From positions 1-64,000 of the IMG/VR virus record IMGVR_UViG_3300045996_004119: 64,000 nt of DNA. The stretch is one strand, 5' to 3'. This document shows, in pieces, positions 18,607-27,809 of the stretch. Position 1 is the first letter of the stretch. Each line of letters starts with the position of its first letter. This DNA comes from a virus. The translations under genes and the position numbers were made by a program. Under the pieces are notes generated by a model, which searched no databases, was not told the DNA's origin, and saw only the letters and a program-made list of their open reading frames with translations.

Positions 18607-18933
18607 CTACTCCGCCGCCAGCGGCTCACCGCCGAACGGCTCATCCAGCCCCTGAATCGGCGCCGCGCGCCGAATCGTCATTGCTTCACCGATCTCCCGC
18701 TCCAGTCGGAGCACTTCCTCGTAGAGCGCCGCATCGTCGATCTCGACGAGCTCGCCCGGGTCGCCGCCCTCCATGCGCAGCCGGTCCGCCAAGCGAATCC
18801 GACGCGCGCGCAGGTAGGCCGGATCGCTCATCAGGTCGCGCGGTGCCCGCTCGGGCTGGACGCGCAGCCACGGAGCCGCGCTGCCCACCTCGTCGATGAG
18901 CGCTGCGTCGGGGTCGATGAAGTGTGGCTTCAT
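18607..18933 (-). CDS. Hypothetical protein
   Basis: Coupled ORF. Confidence 0.65.
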   Translation of the reverse strand: MKPHFIDPDAALIDEVGSAAPWLRVQPERAPRDLMSDPAYLRARRIRLADRLRMEGGDPGELVEIDDAALYEEVLRLEREIGEAMTIRRAAPIQGLDEPFGGEPLAAE

Positions 18934-19214
18934 GACGGCCCCACGGCGGCGCCGATGGCGGCTTTTGCGACGTCAGCCTCGTGCTGGTGCGCATCGGCGA
19001 TCTCGCTCAGCACGCGTTGCACGTCAGCCTGCGACATGCCCTTCGCGGCCGCGTCGGCCTGAGCTTTCGCAGCGAACCGGAGCGCGTGAGCGATGAAGTC
19101 GTTGATCATCCAGGTCAGCACGCGCGTACGGAGCTGAAGCCCGACGGTCGATGCCGGACCGAGGGCCGCGGCGACGCTCTGGATCCTGGCCTGAAGCACC
19201 TTGAGGTCCATCAC
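18930..19214 (-). CDS. Hypothetical protein
   Basis: Coupled ORF. Confidence 0.65.
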   Translation of the reverse strand: MMDLKVLQARIQSVAAALGPASTVGLQLRTRVLTWMINDFIAHALRFAAKAQADAAAKGMSQADVQRVLSEIADAHQHEADVAKAAIGAAVGPS

Positions 19215-19603
19215 GCCGCCCTCGCGTCGGTGAATGTCATCCCGGACTGGTCACACAGGCTGCAACCGAAGCTCTCGCACGCCTCACACGACTCCTTCGC
19301 CGGCTCCTCCGCCGGGAGCTCCCGCAGCACCTCGCGCAGGCCGAGCATGAGCTCGTAGGCCTTCCGCCACGCCGCCCGGCGCTCGGGGCTCAGGGAGGGG
19401 CTGTCCATCGCGAGCTTCGCCTCGAGGAGCAGTCCGCCGGTGCGGTCGAGCCCGGAGAGCGCGTAAAGCCACGTCGCGACCGCACCGGGCTCGCTCAACG
19501 ACGGGAGCCCGCGCACGCCGCGAACGAGGTAGTCGCCGAGCCCCGCCGTAGCGGTGGAGAGCGCGGCGACAAGGGCAGTGCGGAACGTCTCGAATGCACC
19601 CAT
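19211..19603 (-). CDS. Hypothetical protein with C-terminal Zn ribbon
   Basis: CEACESFGCSLC. Confidence 0.65.
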   Translation of the reverse strand: MGAFETFRTALVAALSTATAGLGDYLVRGVRGLPSLSEPGAVATWLYALSGLDRTGGLLLEAKLAMDSPSLSPERRAAWRKAYELMLGLREVLRELPAEEPAKESCEACESFGCSLCDQSGMTFTDARAA

Positions 19604-19613
19604 GGCGCCCTCC

Positions 19614-20306
19614 TCAGAACCTCACGGTGGGCACGTCGTCGAACCACTGCGTCTCGCCCGGCGCCGGCGGTTCGGTGTCCGCGCCGGTGCAGCAGGCCAT
19701 CTCCGGGAGATCCACGTCGCCAGACGCCGGAGGCAGCGTGTCGCCCGTCGCGGCGCGCGCGGCCGAGAGCTCCTCGGCCTCCTCGTCGCCGTCGCCAGAG
19801 GGCGGGGGAGGGGAAGCGGGGCGGCTTGCGGGCGCCGTCGCGGCCCCGTGGCAGGCGCAGAGGCAGTCACCGAGCGCCGCGGACTCGCCGGGGCAGTCGC
19901 TGTGGTAGCGGCCGAAGCAGGTCCAGGTCACCGCCTCGAAAGGAGCCGGCGCTCCGCTCGCGAGGACAGCAGGCTGCCCGTCACGGATGGCCGGCGCCGC
20001 CACGTGGGAGGCATCCAGGGCCTCATCCAGCGCCATCAGCTCGCCGAGGTGGCGGATCAACTCCGCCGACTCCTCGGTCCAGTCCGCGCGCCACGTCTCG
20101 TCGTTGCAGAGCGACCCGAGCCGCCAGCGGAACCACGGCGCGTCGAGACCCGCCTCCTGCAGGCGCTCCAGCGACGCGATCATGGCGTCGCGGCAGGACT
20201 CGATGAGCGACTCGTTGCCGAGCCACACCACGCCGGAGAGCTTCACCGCGGCGAGCGCGGCAGCCTCGAAGGCGCTGTGGCCGGCCAGCTGAACGAGGGC
20301 GCTCAC
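19614..20306 (-). CDS. Hypothetical protein with Cys/His motif
   Basis: CFGRYHSDC...CLCACH; coupled GTG. Confidence 0.65.
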   Translation of the reverse strand: MSALVQLAGHSAFEAAALAAVKLSGVVWLGNESLIESCRDAMIASLERLQEAGLDAPWFRWRLGSLCNDETWRADWTEESAELIRHLGELMALDEALDASHVAAPAIRDGQPAVLASGAPAPFEAVTWTCFGRYHSDCPGESAALGDCLCACHGAATAPASRPASPPPPSGDGDEEAEELSAARAATGDTLPPASGDVDLPEMACCTGADTEPPAPGETQWFDDVPTVRF

Positions 20307-20659
20307 GCGGCCTCCGAGACGGCCGACGTCGCGATCGCGCCATGAGCCACCGCCAGAGCCGCGATTCGCGCCTTGTCCCAGCCCGGGAGCGCCGCGAGCG
20401 TCGCCAGCGCCTGCTCCAGGCTCCAGAGGCTCTCGCGCGGGCAAGCCGCGTGCGCGGCGGCGAGCGTCCACGCCACCGCCTCGCCGCGCATGTCGTTGCC
20501 GAGGGCGAGCAGCAGCGCGCAGTAGTCCGAGGCGACCGGCTCTTCGTCAGATGCCCAGTCGCGGGCGGCGGCCAGCGCATCGCGGTCGGACACGTCGAGC
20601 GTCCCGGCGAGGACGGCGCGGCACACGGCGACGAGGCCGATGACGGAGGGGCGGATCAC
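20303..20659 (-). CDS. Hypothetical protein
   Basis: Coupled ORF. Confidence 0.6.
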   Translation of the reverse strand: MIRPSVIGLVAVCRAVLAGTLDVSDRDALAAARDWASDEEPVASDYCALLLALGNDMRGEAVAWTLAAAHAACPRESLWSLEQALATLAALPGWDKARIAALAVAHGAIATSAVSEAA

Positions 20660-20907
20660 GCGGCCTCCGGGACGGCCGGCGCCGCGCTCTCGCCGTCGAA
20701 CGACGGGTCCGCCACCACCTCGAGCCCGCGCTCCCCGTGCTGGAGCACGCAGCGGATCTCCCTCAGCGCCTCCGACCGGTAGGGCTCCTGCAGCGCGAGG
20801 AGCTCGCGGTCGCTGAGCTCGTCGGCGAACAGCGAAAGCTCCTCAACCCCGAGCCCTTCAGCCCAGCGGTCACGGCGGACGGTGTAGGTGCGACGGAAGC
20901 AAGACAT
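20656..20907 (-). CDS. First gene of the leftward early operon, hypothetical
   Basis: RBS GAGGAGG, directly downstream of PL. Confidence 0.65.
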   Translation of the reverse strand: MSCFRRTYTVRRDRWAEGLGVEELSLFADELSDRELLALQEPYRSEALREIRCVLQHGERGLEVVADPSFDGESAAPAVPEAA

Positions 20908-20945
20908 CGGGCCTCCTCGGACGCGGCGGCGTCCTGATGAGGACC

Positions 20946-20974
20946 AATGTAAAGGTAAGTTTTCTTTTCGTCAA
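20946..20974 (-). promoter_or_regulatory. PL-like sigma70-type promoter overlapping a degenerate repressor operator
   Basis: TTGACG-N17-TACATT on the minus strand in an AT-rich island; aligns with the 22182-22209 operator region. Confidence 0.75.
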
Positions 20975-21052
20975 GCGCGCGTTGGAAACTACATTTTTCT
21001 CGCGAGATGTCGCAAGCCAGCCTACATACGCACTGAGGCTATCGGGGGCCGC

Positions 21053-21517
21053 TCAGCCTCCGCGGTCGTCGTCGCCCGGGCGCATCGAGTGCCAGCAACG
21101 CAGCAGGAACCGTTCTGTGGCCCACTCCTGCCGGCGAATGGTCTCGTCGAGGCCCAGTTGGCTCATCAGGACGGGCGGCGCAGCAAGACGTGCAGCGAGC
21201 GCTTGCACGGCCGCCGTCGTCCGGTCGGCGCGCTGGAGCGCAAGGACCGCGCTGGCGACCCCGATGAACGCGGTGGTGCCGCGCACCCGCCGGTCCATGT
21301 CATGCAACGCCAGGACGGTGCGGCCGTCGGTGAGGTACGGCACGCCACCCGGCACGCTGGACAGGTAGACGACCCGGAGCCCCAGCGATGCGGCGATCGT
21401 CGTCGGCGACTGAAACCCCTGGGTGTACGTGGTCGCGCGTCGAATGCGCTCGAGCAGGCCGCGTCGCTCTTCGGCGACCAGATCGAGACACCATTGACCG
21501 CTTATCGTGGTGCTCAC
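21053..21517 (-). CDS. ImmA/IrrE-fold protein lacking the HExxH motif
   Basis: IAASLGLRVVY...RRVRGTTAFIGVASAVL...ALAARLAAP pattern; directly downstream of the repressor. Confidence 0.55.
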   Translation of the reverse strand: MSTTISGQWCLDLVAEERRGLLERIRRATTYTQGFQSPTTIAASLGLRVVYLSSVPGGVPYLTDGRTVLALHDMDRRVRGTTAFIGVASAVLALQRADRTTAAVQALAARLAAPPVLMSQLGLDETIRRQEWATERFLLRCWHSMRPGDDDRGG

Positions 21518-21571
21518 GGCACGCCTCCCCTGACATACCCGCGCGTGTACCCACCACTTTACATTGTTTCG

Positions 21572-22114
21572 CTAGTGTTTCGAAGCCTTTTTCGTCGACG
21601 CAGGCGTGCTGTCTACTCGTAAGGCCGCGGACTTTGGGGGATCTCCGCTCTCTCGATTTGCTAGGTCGTGCAGAATCCTCGCCATTTCGCCGACGAATTG
21701 CGCGTCGATGCGTTGCGGCAAGTCGTCGTAGATCGCGCCCACGCGCTCGAACGCGTCCTCCGGGATCCCTTTGAAAACGGCGCGAGCTGCTGCCGCCGCC
21801 TCCTCCCACTCCTCTCGGTCGCGCAGGCGCGTCGGCGGTCCGCTGCGTGACACCGGGATCTCGAACCCGTTCTCGTCAGCCCAGCGGGCCGCGGCGTCGT
21901 CGAGCTCCTGGGGCGACATCCCCCAGTACTTCGCCATCGCCCGCGCGAAATCCTCGCCGACCGCGTTGTCCCCTCGTGCCACGGCGGCGACGTGCACGCG
22001 CGTGAATGAGGTCGCGCGTGCGATCGCGGACGCTTTGCCGCGCTGCTTACATTCGGTCTTGAGCCGGTCGGCGACGTAGGCCGAGACGATCCGGCGCTCC
22101 TCTGACCTGCGCAT
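21572..22114 (-). CDS. XRE-family phage repressor (CI-like, no S24 peptidase domain)
   Basis: ASAIARATSFTRVHVAAVARG...FARAMAKYWGMS HTH; divergent from cro. Confidence 0.75.
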   Translation of the reverse strand: MRRSEERRIVSAYVADRLKTECKQRGKASAIARATSFTRVHVAAVARGDNAVGEDFARAMAKYWGMSPQELDDAAARWADENGFEIPVSRSGPPTRLRDREEWEEAAAAARAVFKGIPEDAFERVGAIYDDLPQRIDAQFVGEMARILHDLANRESGDPPKSAALRVDSTPASTKKASKH

Positions 22115-22173
22115 GGCGTAGACCCTATCACTGCGAAAGAACAGGCTACTTTTCATCCGGCTCAGGTTTCCCC

Positions 22174-22209
22174 TTGCGCCGAATGTAAACGGAAATTATC
22201 TTTCCGTTT
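22174..22209 (+). promoter_or_regulatory. PR promoter and palindromic operator of the immunity switch
   Basis: TTGCGC-N17-TATCTT; perfect inverted repeat AAACGGAAA-N5-TTTCCGTTT at 22187-22209; cro ATG at 22211 suggests a leaderless mRNA. Confidence 0.75.
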
Positions 22210-22210
22210 G

Positions 22211-22516
22211 ATGACGGTCCAGACCAGCACCGGCTCAGCGCCGGACGCCGATGCGCGCCTCGATGGCGCCAGGAAGCTCCAGGCCCTGATCGAGGAGCGT
22301 GGCCTCCGGTTCGACGAGGCGGCGACGGAGATCGGGCTCAGCAAGTACTACGTGCAGTCGATCTGCGCCGGGCGGATGGTCCCGGGGAGGAACGCGCAGA
22401 TCAAGATCGCCTCGTGGTCGGGGAAGGAGAAGAGCCGGCAGCAGGCGCCGCGTATCCCCCTCGCCGACTGGATGACGACCGATGAGCGCGCCCTGCTGGG
22501 CGTGAAGGCGAGCTGA
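22211..22516 (+). CDS. Cro-like XRE HTH protein
   Basis: LQALIEERGLRFDEAATEIGLSKYYVQSICAGRMVPG. Confidence 0.8.
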   Translation: MTVQTSTGSAPDADARLDGARKLQALIEERGLRFDEAATEIGLSKYYVQSICAGRMVPGRNAQIKIASWSGKEKSRQQAPRIPLADWMTTDERALLGVKAS

Positions 22517-22519
22517 CCC

Positions 22520-23095
22520 ATGCCGATCTACTTCCTTCAACCAAGCCACGGAGGCCCGATCAAGGTCGGTCGTGCGGCCCGCGTCGAGTACCGCGTCGCC
22601 ACGCTCCAGGCCGCGTGTCCTTACGAACTGAAGTTGCTCGCGACGATGCCAGGTGGCGTGCATGAGGAGCGCGCGCTGCATCGGCGATTCGCGTCTCAGC
22701 GCGAGCGTGGGGAGTGGTTCAAGCCGTGCCGGGAGATCTGCGACCTGATCTCTAGTCTTGGAGGGGCGCCGATCCTGGACGAGGAGCTCGATGTCTCTCG
22801 GCGCGGAGTAGCAGCCGCGCCGGAGCCTGCTACTCCAGGCGCTCGGCTTCGCGCCCTGCGCACCTCGGTCGGCCTGCACCAGCACGTGGTCGCCGAGGCG
22901 GCCGAGATCGACCGAGTCGTCGTCTGCAAGATTGAGCGCGATAAGCACAAGGTCACGTCGTATCGGCACATGTCGGGCCTGGCTCGTGTGTTCGGGCTCT
23001 CGACCGACGAATTCGCCGGCTTTCTCGACGGCCGCATGCCGCTGCGAGACGCGCGCCTGCGCGCTGTGCCGCTTCGCGCTCAGGAGGCCCGCTAA
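22520..23095 (+). CDS. T5orf172/MUG113 (GIY-YIG-like) domain fused to an XRE HTH
   Basis: IYFLQ..GPIKVG...ERALHRRF...RGEWF; C-terminal LRALR..VGLHQ.VVAEAA.IDR..VCKIE. Confidence 0.82.
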   Translation: MPIYFLQPSHGGPIKVGRAARVEYRVATLQAACPYELKLLATMPGGVHEERALHRRFASQRERGEWFKPCREICDLISSLGGAPILDEELDVSRRGVAAAPEPATPGARLRALRTSVGLHQHVVAEAAEIDRVVVCKIERDKHKVTSYRHMSGLARVFGLSTDEFAGFLDGRMPLRDARLRAVPLRAQEAR

Positions 23096-23098
23096 CCC

Positions 23099-23524
23099 AT
23101 GCTCCCCCTCTCCTCGCTCGCCGACCGCCTCGTCCAGCTCCACGCTGGCGCGGACCGCGGCCAGGTCGCGATCGCTGGCGCCGGCGTCGCGGTCACCGAA
23201 CGCAAGCCGTGGGCGGACGCCAAGCGCGACCGCGACGTCATCCGCGTTGCCATGACGCAGGTCCTCGGCTCGGCGCTCCCGCTGGAGCTCTCCGCCGTGG
23301 AGGCGCTCGTCGCCAGGCTCGTATTCCTGGAGGACGCGAACGGCCGCGCCTCCATCCGCGTCTGCGGCTCCGAGCTCGTCGGCCTCGAGGACCTGACCGC
23401 GGCGACCCACCGCGCCGCAGCGATGCGCGCCGTCCTCGTTGCGGATCTCCAGCGCGCCCTGGCCGGGGAGGAGCCGCCCGCCACGGTGCGCCGGTCGGTG
23501 CCGGCCAGCCTGGAGGCGAGGTAG
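23099..23524 (+). CDS. Hypothetical protein
   Basis: ORF in the rightward operon. Confidence 0.65.
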   Translation: MLPLSSLADRLVQLHAGADRGQVAIAGAGVAVTERKPWADAKRDRDVIRVAMTQVLGSALPLELSAVEALVARLVFLEDANGRASIRVCGSELVGLEDLTAATHRAAAMRAVLVADLQRALAGEEPPATVRRSVPASLEAR

Positions 23525-23527
23525 TCC

Positions 23528-24262
23528 ATGCACCCGTACGAGAACGCCGACGCGCAGCCCATGACGTACCTGGATCGGCAGAGGTGCGACGCCGACGAGG
23601 TGCTCACCAGCGCCCCGGCGCTCGGCGACATCCCGGCCGGCTTCGACCCGGAGCGGACCTGGGACGGCAGCGAGGAGGAGGGCGAGCTCGACGATCGCCA
23701 CCGCGCCGACATCAGCGCTGAGTTGATCGCCCTCTACCGGCGCAACGCTCGGCTGGAGATCCTCCTGGAGGCCGCCGAGAGGCGCGCATCCGATCTCGAG
23801 GAGAAGCTCGACCGGTCCGACGCCCACGGGCTTCTCCACGAGAACCTGCTCGATCTCTTGGCCGAGGTTTCGAGCGGGCTCGGGGCGCTCGACTGGGGCC
23901 TGTTCGCCGGCATGTTGGCCCAGGCGCGCGGCACAGGGCTCGACACGTCCGCCGCAGAACGGCGCTGCATGTCGATTCTCGATCGCCTCCACGGCGATCG
24001 GGCGCGCATCGACGATGCGTGGGGCCAGGTCCGCGCAGAGCGCCTCCGCACCGACGCAGAGCGCGAGCGCGCCGCCGCCTGCGTCCGCCAGGGACTCGCC
24101 GGCGTCTCCGACGATGACCTCGTCCGCGAGGTCAACCGGCGCTTCGCCGCCAGGCTCGCCGCGGCCGCAGCCCGAATCGCCGCCAGTCGGCCTGTACCCG
24201 CCTCCGCCGTCGTCGTTGCCCGGGACGATGCTGGCGATGACGCGGCTAAGGATGCTTCCTAG
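23528..24262 (+). CDS. Hypothetical coiled-coil protein
   Basis: RBS GGAGG; ORF. Confidence 0.7.
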   Translation: MHPYENADAQPMTYLDRQRCDADEVLTSAPALGDIPAGFDPERTWDGSEEEGELDDRHRADISAELIALYRRNARLEILLEAAERRASDLEEKLDRSDAHGLLHENLLDLLAEVSSGLGALDWGLFAGMLAQARGTGLDTSAAERRCMSILDRLHGDRARIDDAWGQVRAERLRTDAERERAAACVRQGLAGVSDDDLVREVNRRFAARLAAAAARIAASRPVPASAVVVARDDAGDDAAKDAS

Positions 24263-24316
24263 CGACTCCGGTGAGTCGTTGTTCGTCAACCGTCTTCGGG
24301 GGATCGAGGTCTTGAG

Positions 24317-24805
24317 ATGAGCATCTTCCGTGACAGAAAGCGTGGGACCCCATCCGGAGAGCGCAGCTCCGCGCCTCCGCCGGCTCGCGGCGTCAGTCAT
24401 ATCGCTGATCTTGCGGCGGCCATCGCCGCCAGCAATGCCGATGCGCTGTCGGCCGCATCACCTGCTCACGCGAGCAGGGCCAGTGGAGAACTACGCAGCT
24501 CCGTCCGGGCCGCCGCGCGTCCGAAGGCCATTCGCCTGATCCGGCAGGCGGTCGACCCGCTGCCGCTCGCTGAGCTCGCGTGCATCATCGACGCTCAGCC
24601 GCAACATGTTGGAGCGGCGCTGTCCGAGGCGTCGCCGACGAAGCCATTTGCCGCCGAGAACTTCGTCCTGATGGCCGAGCGGAATCCGCAGCTCGGCGTG
24701 AGGATCGTGAAGTCCTACGTGACGTTGTTTCGCGCCGAGATGATTCGTTCTCTTGGACATGACCTGATCCAACTCGCGAATGAGCTGGAGGAGGTGGAGC
24801 AATGA
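24317..24805 (+). CDS. Hypothetical protein, possibly a CII-like regulator
   Basis: Position after a short hairpin at about 24262-24280; helical. Confidence 0.6.
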   Translation: MSIFRDRKRGTPSGERSSAPPPARGVSHIADLAAAIAASNADALSAASPAHASRASGELRSSVRAAARPKAIRLIRQAVDPLPLAELACIIDAQPQHVGAALSEASPTKPFAAENFVLMAERNPQLGVRIVKSYVTLFRAEMIRSLGHDLIQLANELEEVEQ

Positions 24806-25122
24806 ACGCTCTTGTCTTGCTGTTCGGCATCATCGTCGTCTGCGCCGTTGTCCTGTTCCTCAGCGGCCTCGTCGTCGGCCTCGCCTACGAGCGCTCGCTG
24901 CGCCGGTGGTGGTACCGCAGCGCGGTGGAGTCGGCCGTGTACCGGCTCCTCGATGCAGAGGCCGCGGCGTGCAACCCGCGGTCGAAGTCCTCGGCCGTGC
25001 TCGAGTACGAGAAGGCGAGGGCGCGCGTTGCGCGGCTGGTCGCGTGGCAGCGCCCGGCGCTCCCGGTGCGTGCGCCCGCGCGGTCGACCGTGGCCCCCGC
25101 AGCACAGGAGCTCGCATCGTGA
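24802..25122 (+). CDS. Membrane-anchored hypothetical protein
   Basis: N-terminal hydrophobic helix. Confidence 0.65.
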   Translation: MNALVLLFGIIVVCAVVLFLSGLVVGLAYERSLRRWWYRSAVESAVYRLLDAEAAACNPRSKSSAVLEYEKARARVARLVAWQRPALPVRAPARSTVAPAAQELAS

Positions 25123-25550
25123 TCCGCCGGGGGGTGCTGTTGCTCTCGTGCGGCGCCATTGGCGCGCTGCTCCTCGCCTACCACGTCGCCGAGACGCGGC
25201 GCGCGGCTGGAGCGGCCGAGATGGATGAGCGGCTGCGGCGAGCCCGCGGCAGGGTCCGCACGGTGATCGGCGCTGCAAGGCGGTTCCGGGACGAGCGGGA
25301 CGAGGCGCGCGCCGGGTTCAACGGGGCAGTCGACTACGTGGCGAACATCAAAGCCCACGGCCTGACGATCCTCCGGATCGCCGACGTGGACCACCTGCGG
25401 TCCGAGCGCGACCGGGCCGCAGCGGCGGATGCAGAGGCGTGTCAGCTGCGGGTGGCGCTGGAGCTCATCGCGGACGGGTGCGACGTGCCGCAGCGGATCG
25501 CGGTCGAGGCGCTGGGGCGCGGAGAGGAGGAGTCATGCAGCGCGAATTGA
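25119..25550 (+). CDS. Membrane-anchored hypothetical protein
   Basis: Coupled GTG; N-terminal hydrophobic helix. Confidence 0.6.
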   Translation: MIRRGVLLLSCGAIGALLLAYHVAETRRAAGAAEMDERLRRARGRVRTVIGAARRFRDERDEARAGFNGAVDYVANIKAHGLTILRIADVDHLRSERDRAAAADAEACQLRVALELIADGCDVPQRIAVEALGRGEEESCSAN

Positions 25551-25915
25551 AGGTCGAGGCTGGCGTCATACGTGAGCTCACCAAGAGGCAGTCGGAACTC
25601 GTCGACATGATTCGGTCGTTCACCGCGGAGCACGGGCGCTCCCCGTCGACGCGCGACATGATGTCCGCGTTCGGCTTCAAGAGCACCAACGCCATCGCGT
25701 GCATGCTGAATGCCCTTGAGAAGAAGGGCGCGATCTCGCGCGACAAGTACAAGCCCCGCAGCGTCCTGCTCGCGGGCGACGCCGCGCATGCAGCGCGCGG
25801 CGATGTCCTCCGGATGGCGCTCCAGTTGCCTGCGTCTGACGTTGCATGGCTGGTGCAGCAACTCAACGAAACGCTCGGCGCCCAGGCGCCGGAGGAGATG
25901 CGTCATGCAAGCTGA
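25535..25915 (+). CDS. Stand-alone LexA-type DNA-binding domain protein
   Basis: LTKRQSELVDMIRSF..EHGRSPSTRDM..AFGFKS.NA...LNALEKKGAISRD..KPRSV; no peptidase domain. Confidence 0.85.
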   Translation: MQRELKVEAGVIRELTKRQSELVDMIRSFTAEHGRSPSTRDMMSAFGFKSTNAIACMLNALEKKGAISRDKYKPRSVLLAGDAAHAARGDVLRMALQLPASDVAWLVQQLNETLGAQAPEEMRHAS

Positions 25916-26675
25916 GGTGCAGGTGTTCGAGCCGGGGGCGCGGGTGGCGTGGCGCGGAACCAACGTGCCGCCGCGGGTCCTCAGCCATATCGACGACGGA
26001 TCCTGGATCGGCGTGACCGTCGAAGGCACGGAGAAGCACCTCTGTTCTGCGCGCGAGATTTCGCCTGGGCTCGATGTGGTCGCGCCCGCCCCGCGCGAGG
26101 GGCAGCGGTGGGCGAACGTCGTGTGCAAGTTGATGGTCCACGCGACGACCGATCGCTCGTCCGGCGAGCAGGAGTTGTGTGCATGTTTTGACGGGTCACC
26201 GTGGACCCCGGTAGTGATTGGGGACGCGACGTTCCTTGCTCGGTGGCTCCTCGGCCGCGGGTTCGAGTGCATTCAGGCCGCCGACGCCGCGCCCGAGACC
26301 CTCCGCGCCTCCGAGGCGACGGCGGCCACCGCCCCGTCGCCGGCCGCACCCGCGCCCTGGACGCTCGCCGACGCGCGCCGGCTGATCACCGAGACGGTCG
26401 CCGCCGCAGCCCCGCGCCGCCCGGAGGCGTTCACCTCGGCGCTGTGCTCGCTGGCTGAGACCGAGACGCCGGACGCGGAGCTCGTGATGGTGACGGCCGT
26501 GGCTTTCACGGTGCTCGAGGAGTCGCTGCCGGAGCACGGCGTCGTCTCCGACTGGCAGGAGCGCCGCGCGCTCAACGCCATCACCTGGAAGCTGAAGGAC
26601 GCCGTGGGCGTCGAGCGCGCCGTCGATGCGCTGATGGCCTGCCACCTCTACCTCGCGCGGAGGGGCGGATGCTGA
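25905..26675 (+). CDS. Hypothetical protein
   Basis: RBS GGAGGAG; ORF. Confidence 0.65.
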   Translation: MQAEVQVFEPGARVAWRGTNVPPRVLSHIDDGSWIGVTVEGTEKHLCSAREISPGLDVVAPAPREGQRWANVVCKLMVHATTDRSSGEQELCACFDGSPWTPVVIGDATFLARWLLGRGFECIQAADAAPETLRASEATAATAPSPAAPAPWTLADARRLITETVAAAAPRRPEAFTSALCSLAETETPDAELVMVTAVAFTVLEESLPEHGVVSDWQERRALNAITWKLKDAVGVERAVDALMACHLYLARRGGC

Positions 26676-26835
26676 TGCCGCGAGCGATGGCCGAGCAGGC
26701 CGCGAGCGACACGGAGATCGACGTGCCGACCTGGCTCGCCCGCGAGCACGAGGAGCGCCGGCAGCGGCGCGGGAACAGCGACGTGAACTACGGCGCCGCG
26801 GAGGAGCAGGTGCCCGCGGAAGGGTGGGTGACGTG

Positions 26836-27534
26836 ATGGACGATCAACTTCGTCGCGCTGTCGTGGCCGGGCTGAAGACGATGCTCGCGGTGCTCGAGGA
26901 GCCCGGCGCGGGCGACGACGCCCATTCGGTGGCATCTGCCGAGCTCACTCCGATGGAGGTGCGCCTCGCCGAGGCCGCGCGAGCGACCGTTCGACCCGGG
27001 TGGGTCCCGACGCTGCGCCAGCCTGCTGAGCGCGTCGCTAGAGCCGCCATCAAACGCGCTCGGGTGCGCGCTCTCGCGGGTGGCGAACCGGCAACCGCGT
27101 CGGCGGCGCCGCGCGAGGCCCGCGTCCATCTGCGCGTCTTCGCCGAGCGCATCGGCGTCAAGTACGCCACCGCGAAGCAATGGCGGGCACACGGCATGCC
27201 GTGCTCGCGCGGCAAGGTGCTCCCCCACCGGGCGCTCGCGTGGATCGAGCAGAACCGCAAGAACTCCGTCGCCATCAACCGGAAGTCGGTCGTCTACTTC
27301 GTCCGAGATCAGGCCGGGCGCATCAAGATCGGGCTGAGCTCGAACGTCCAGCGCCGGCTCCTCGAGATCCGCAAGATGGTGAAGGGGCCCGTCGCACTCC
27401 TCGGAACGATCGACGGGGACATGCGAACCGAGTTGGCGCTGCACGAGCGCTTCGCCGCAGACCGGCTGGAGGGGGAGTGGTTCCGCGCGTCGGAGGCTGT
27501 GATGGCCGCTGTCCCGACGATGGTGGCCACATGA
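26836..27534 (+). CDS. HTH plus T5orf172/MUG113 domain protein
   Basis: FAERIGVKYATAKQWRAHGMP HTH; VYFVR..GRIKIG...ELALHERFAADRLEGEWF. Confidence 0.8.
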   Translation: MDDQLRRAVVAGLKTMLAVLEEPGAGDDAHSVASAELTPMEVRLAEAARATVRPGWVPTLRQPAERVARAAIKRARVRALAGGEPATASAAPREARVHLRVFAERIGVKYATAKQWRAHGMPCSRGKVLPHRALAWIEQNRKNSVAINRKSVVYFVRDQAGRIKIGLSSNVQRRLLEIRKMVKGPVALLGTIDGDMRTELALHERFAADRLEGEWFRASEAVMAAVPTMVAT

Positions 27535-27809
27535 TCCAGATCACGCCGGAAGAGCGCGCCGTCCTCAGGCACGCCCAGATGATCCTCGGCCGCATCCTCG
27601 GCGAGCAGCCGGCCGTCGAAGCCGAGCCAGCGCCCCAGGTCGACGACCCGCGGTGGATGAAGCTCTCCGACTACGCGCGCTCGCGGAGCATCGGCCGCCG
27701 CACGCTCGACGTGTACATCGCGCAGGGGCTCCCGACGAAGGGCCGCGGGAAGTCGCGTCGCGTGATCGTCGCCGATGCGGACTCCTGGCTGGAGAAGCGC
27801 CGTGGTTGA
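27531..27809 (+). CDS. Excisionase-like (MerR/HTH_17-type) protein
   Basis: WMKLSDYARSRSIGRRTLDVYIAQGLP...ADADSWL; immediately upstream of and overlapping int. Confidence 0.65.
   Translation: MIQITPEERAVLRHAQMILGRILGEQPAVEAEPAPQVDDPRWMKLSDYARSRSIGRRTLDVYIAQGLPTKGRGKSRRVIVADADSWLEKRRG

Noticed and set aside
24262-24286. Rho-independent terminator (CGACTC-CGGT-GAGTCG then TTGTT)
   Set aside because: Short stem and weak U tract; possible tR1-like site but not supportable as a feature
22235-24400. Long antisense ORFs such as 22235-24400(-), 42842-46699(-), 27565-29481(-) and 3239-5149(-)
   Set aside because: Arg/Ala/Pro-rich shadow frames typical of very high GC DNA, overlapping genes with clear motifs or coupled starts in another frame
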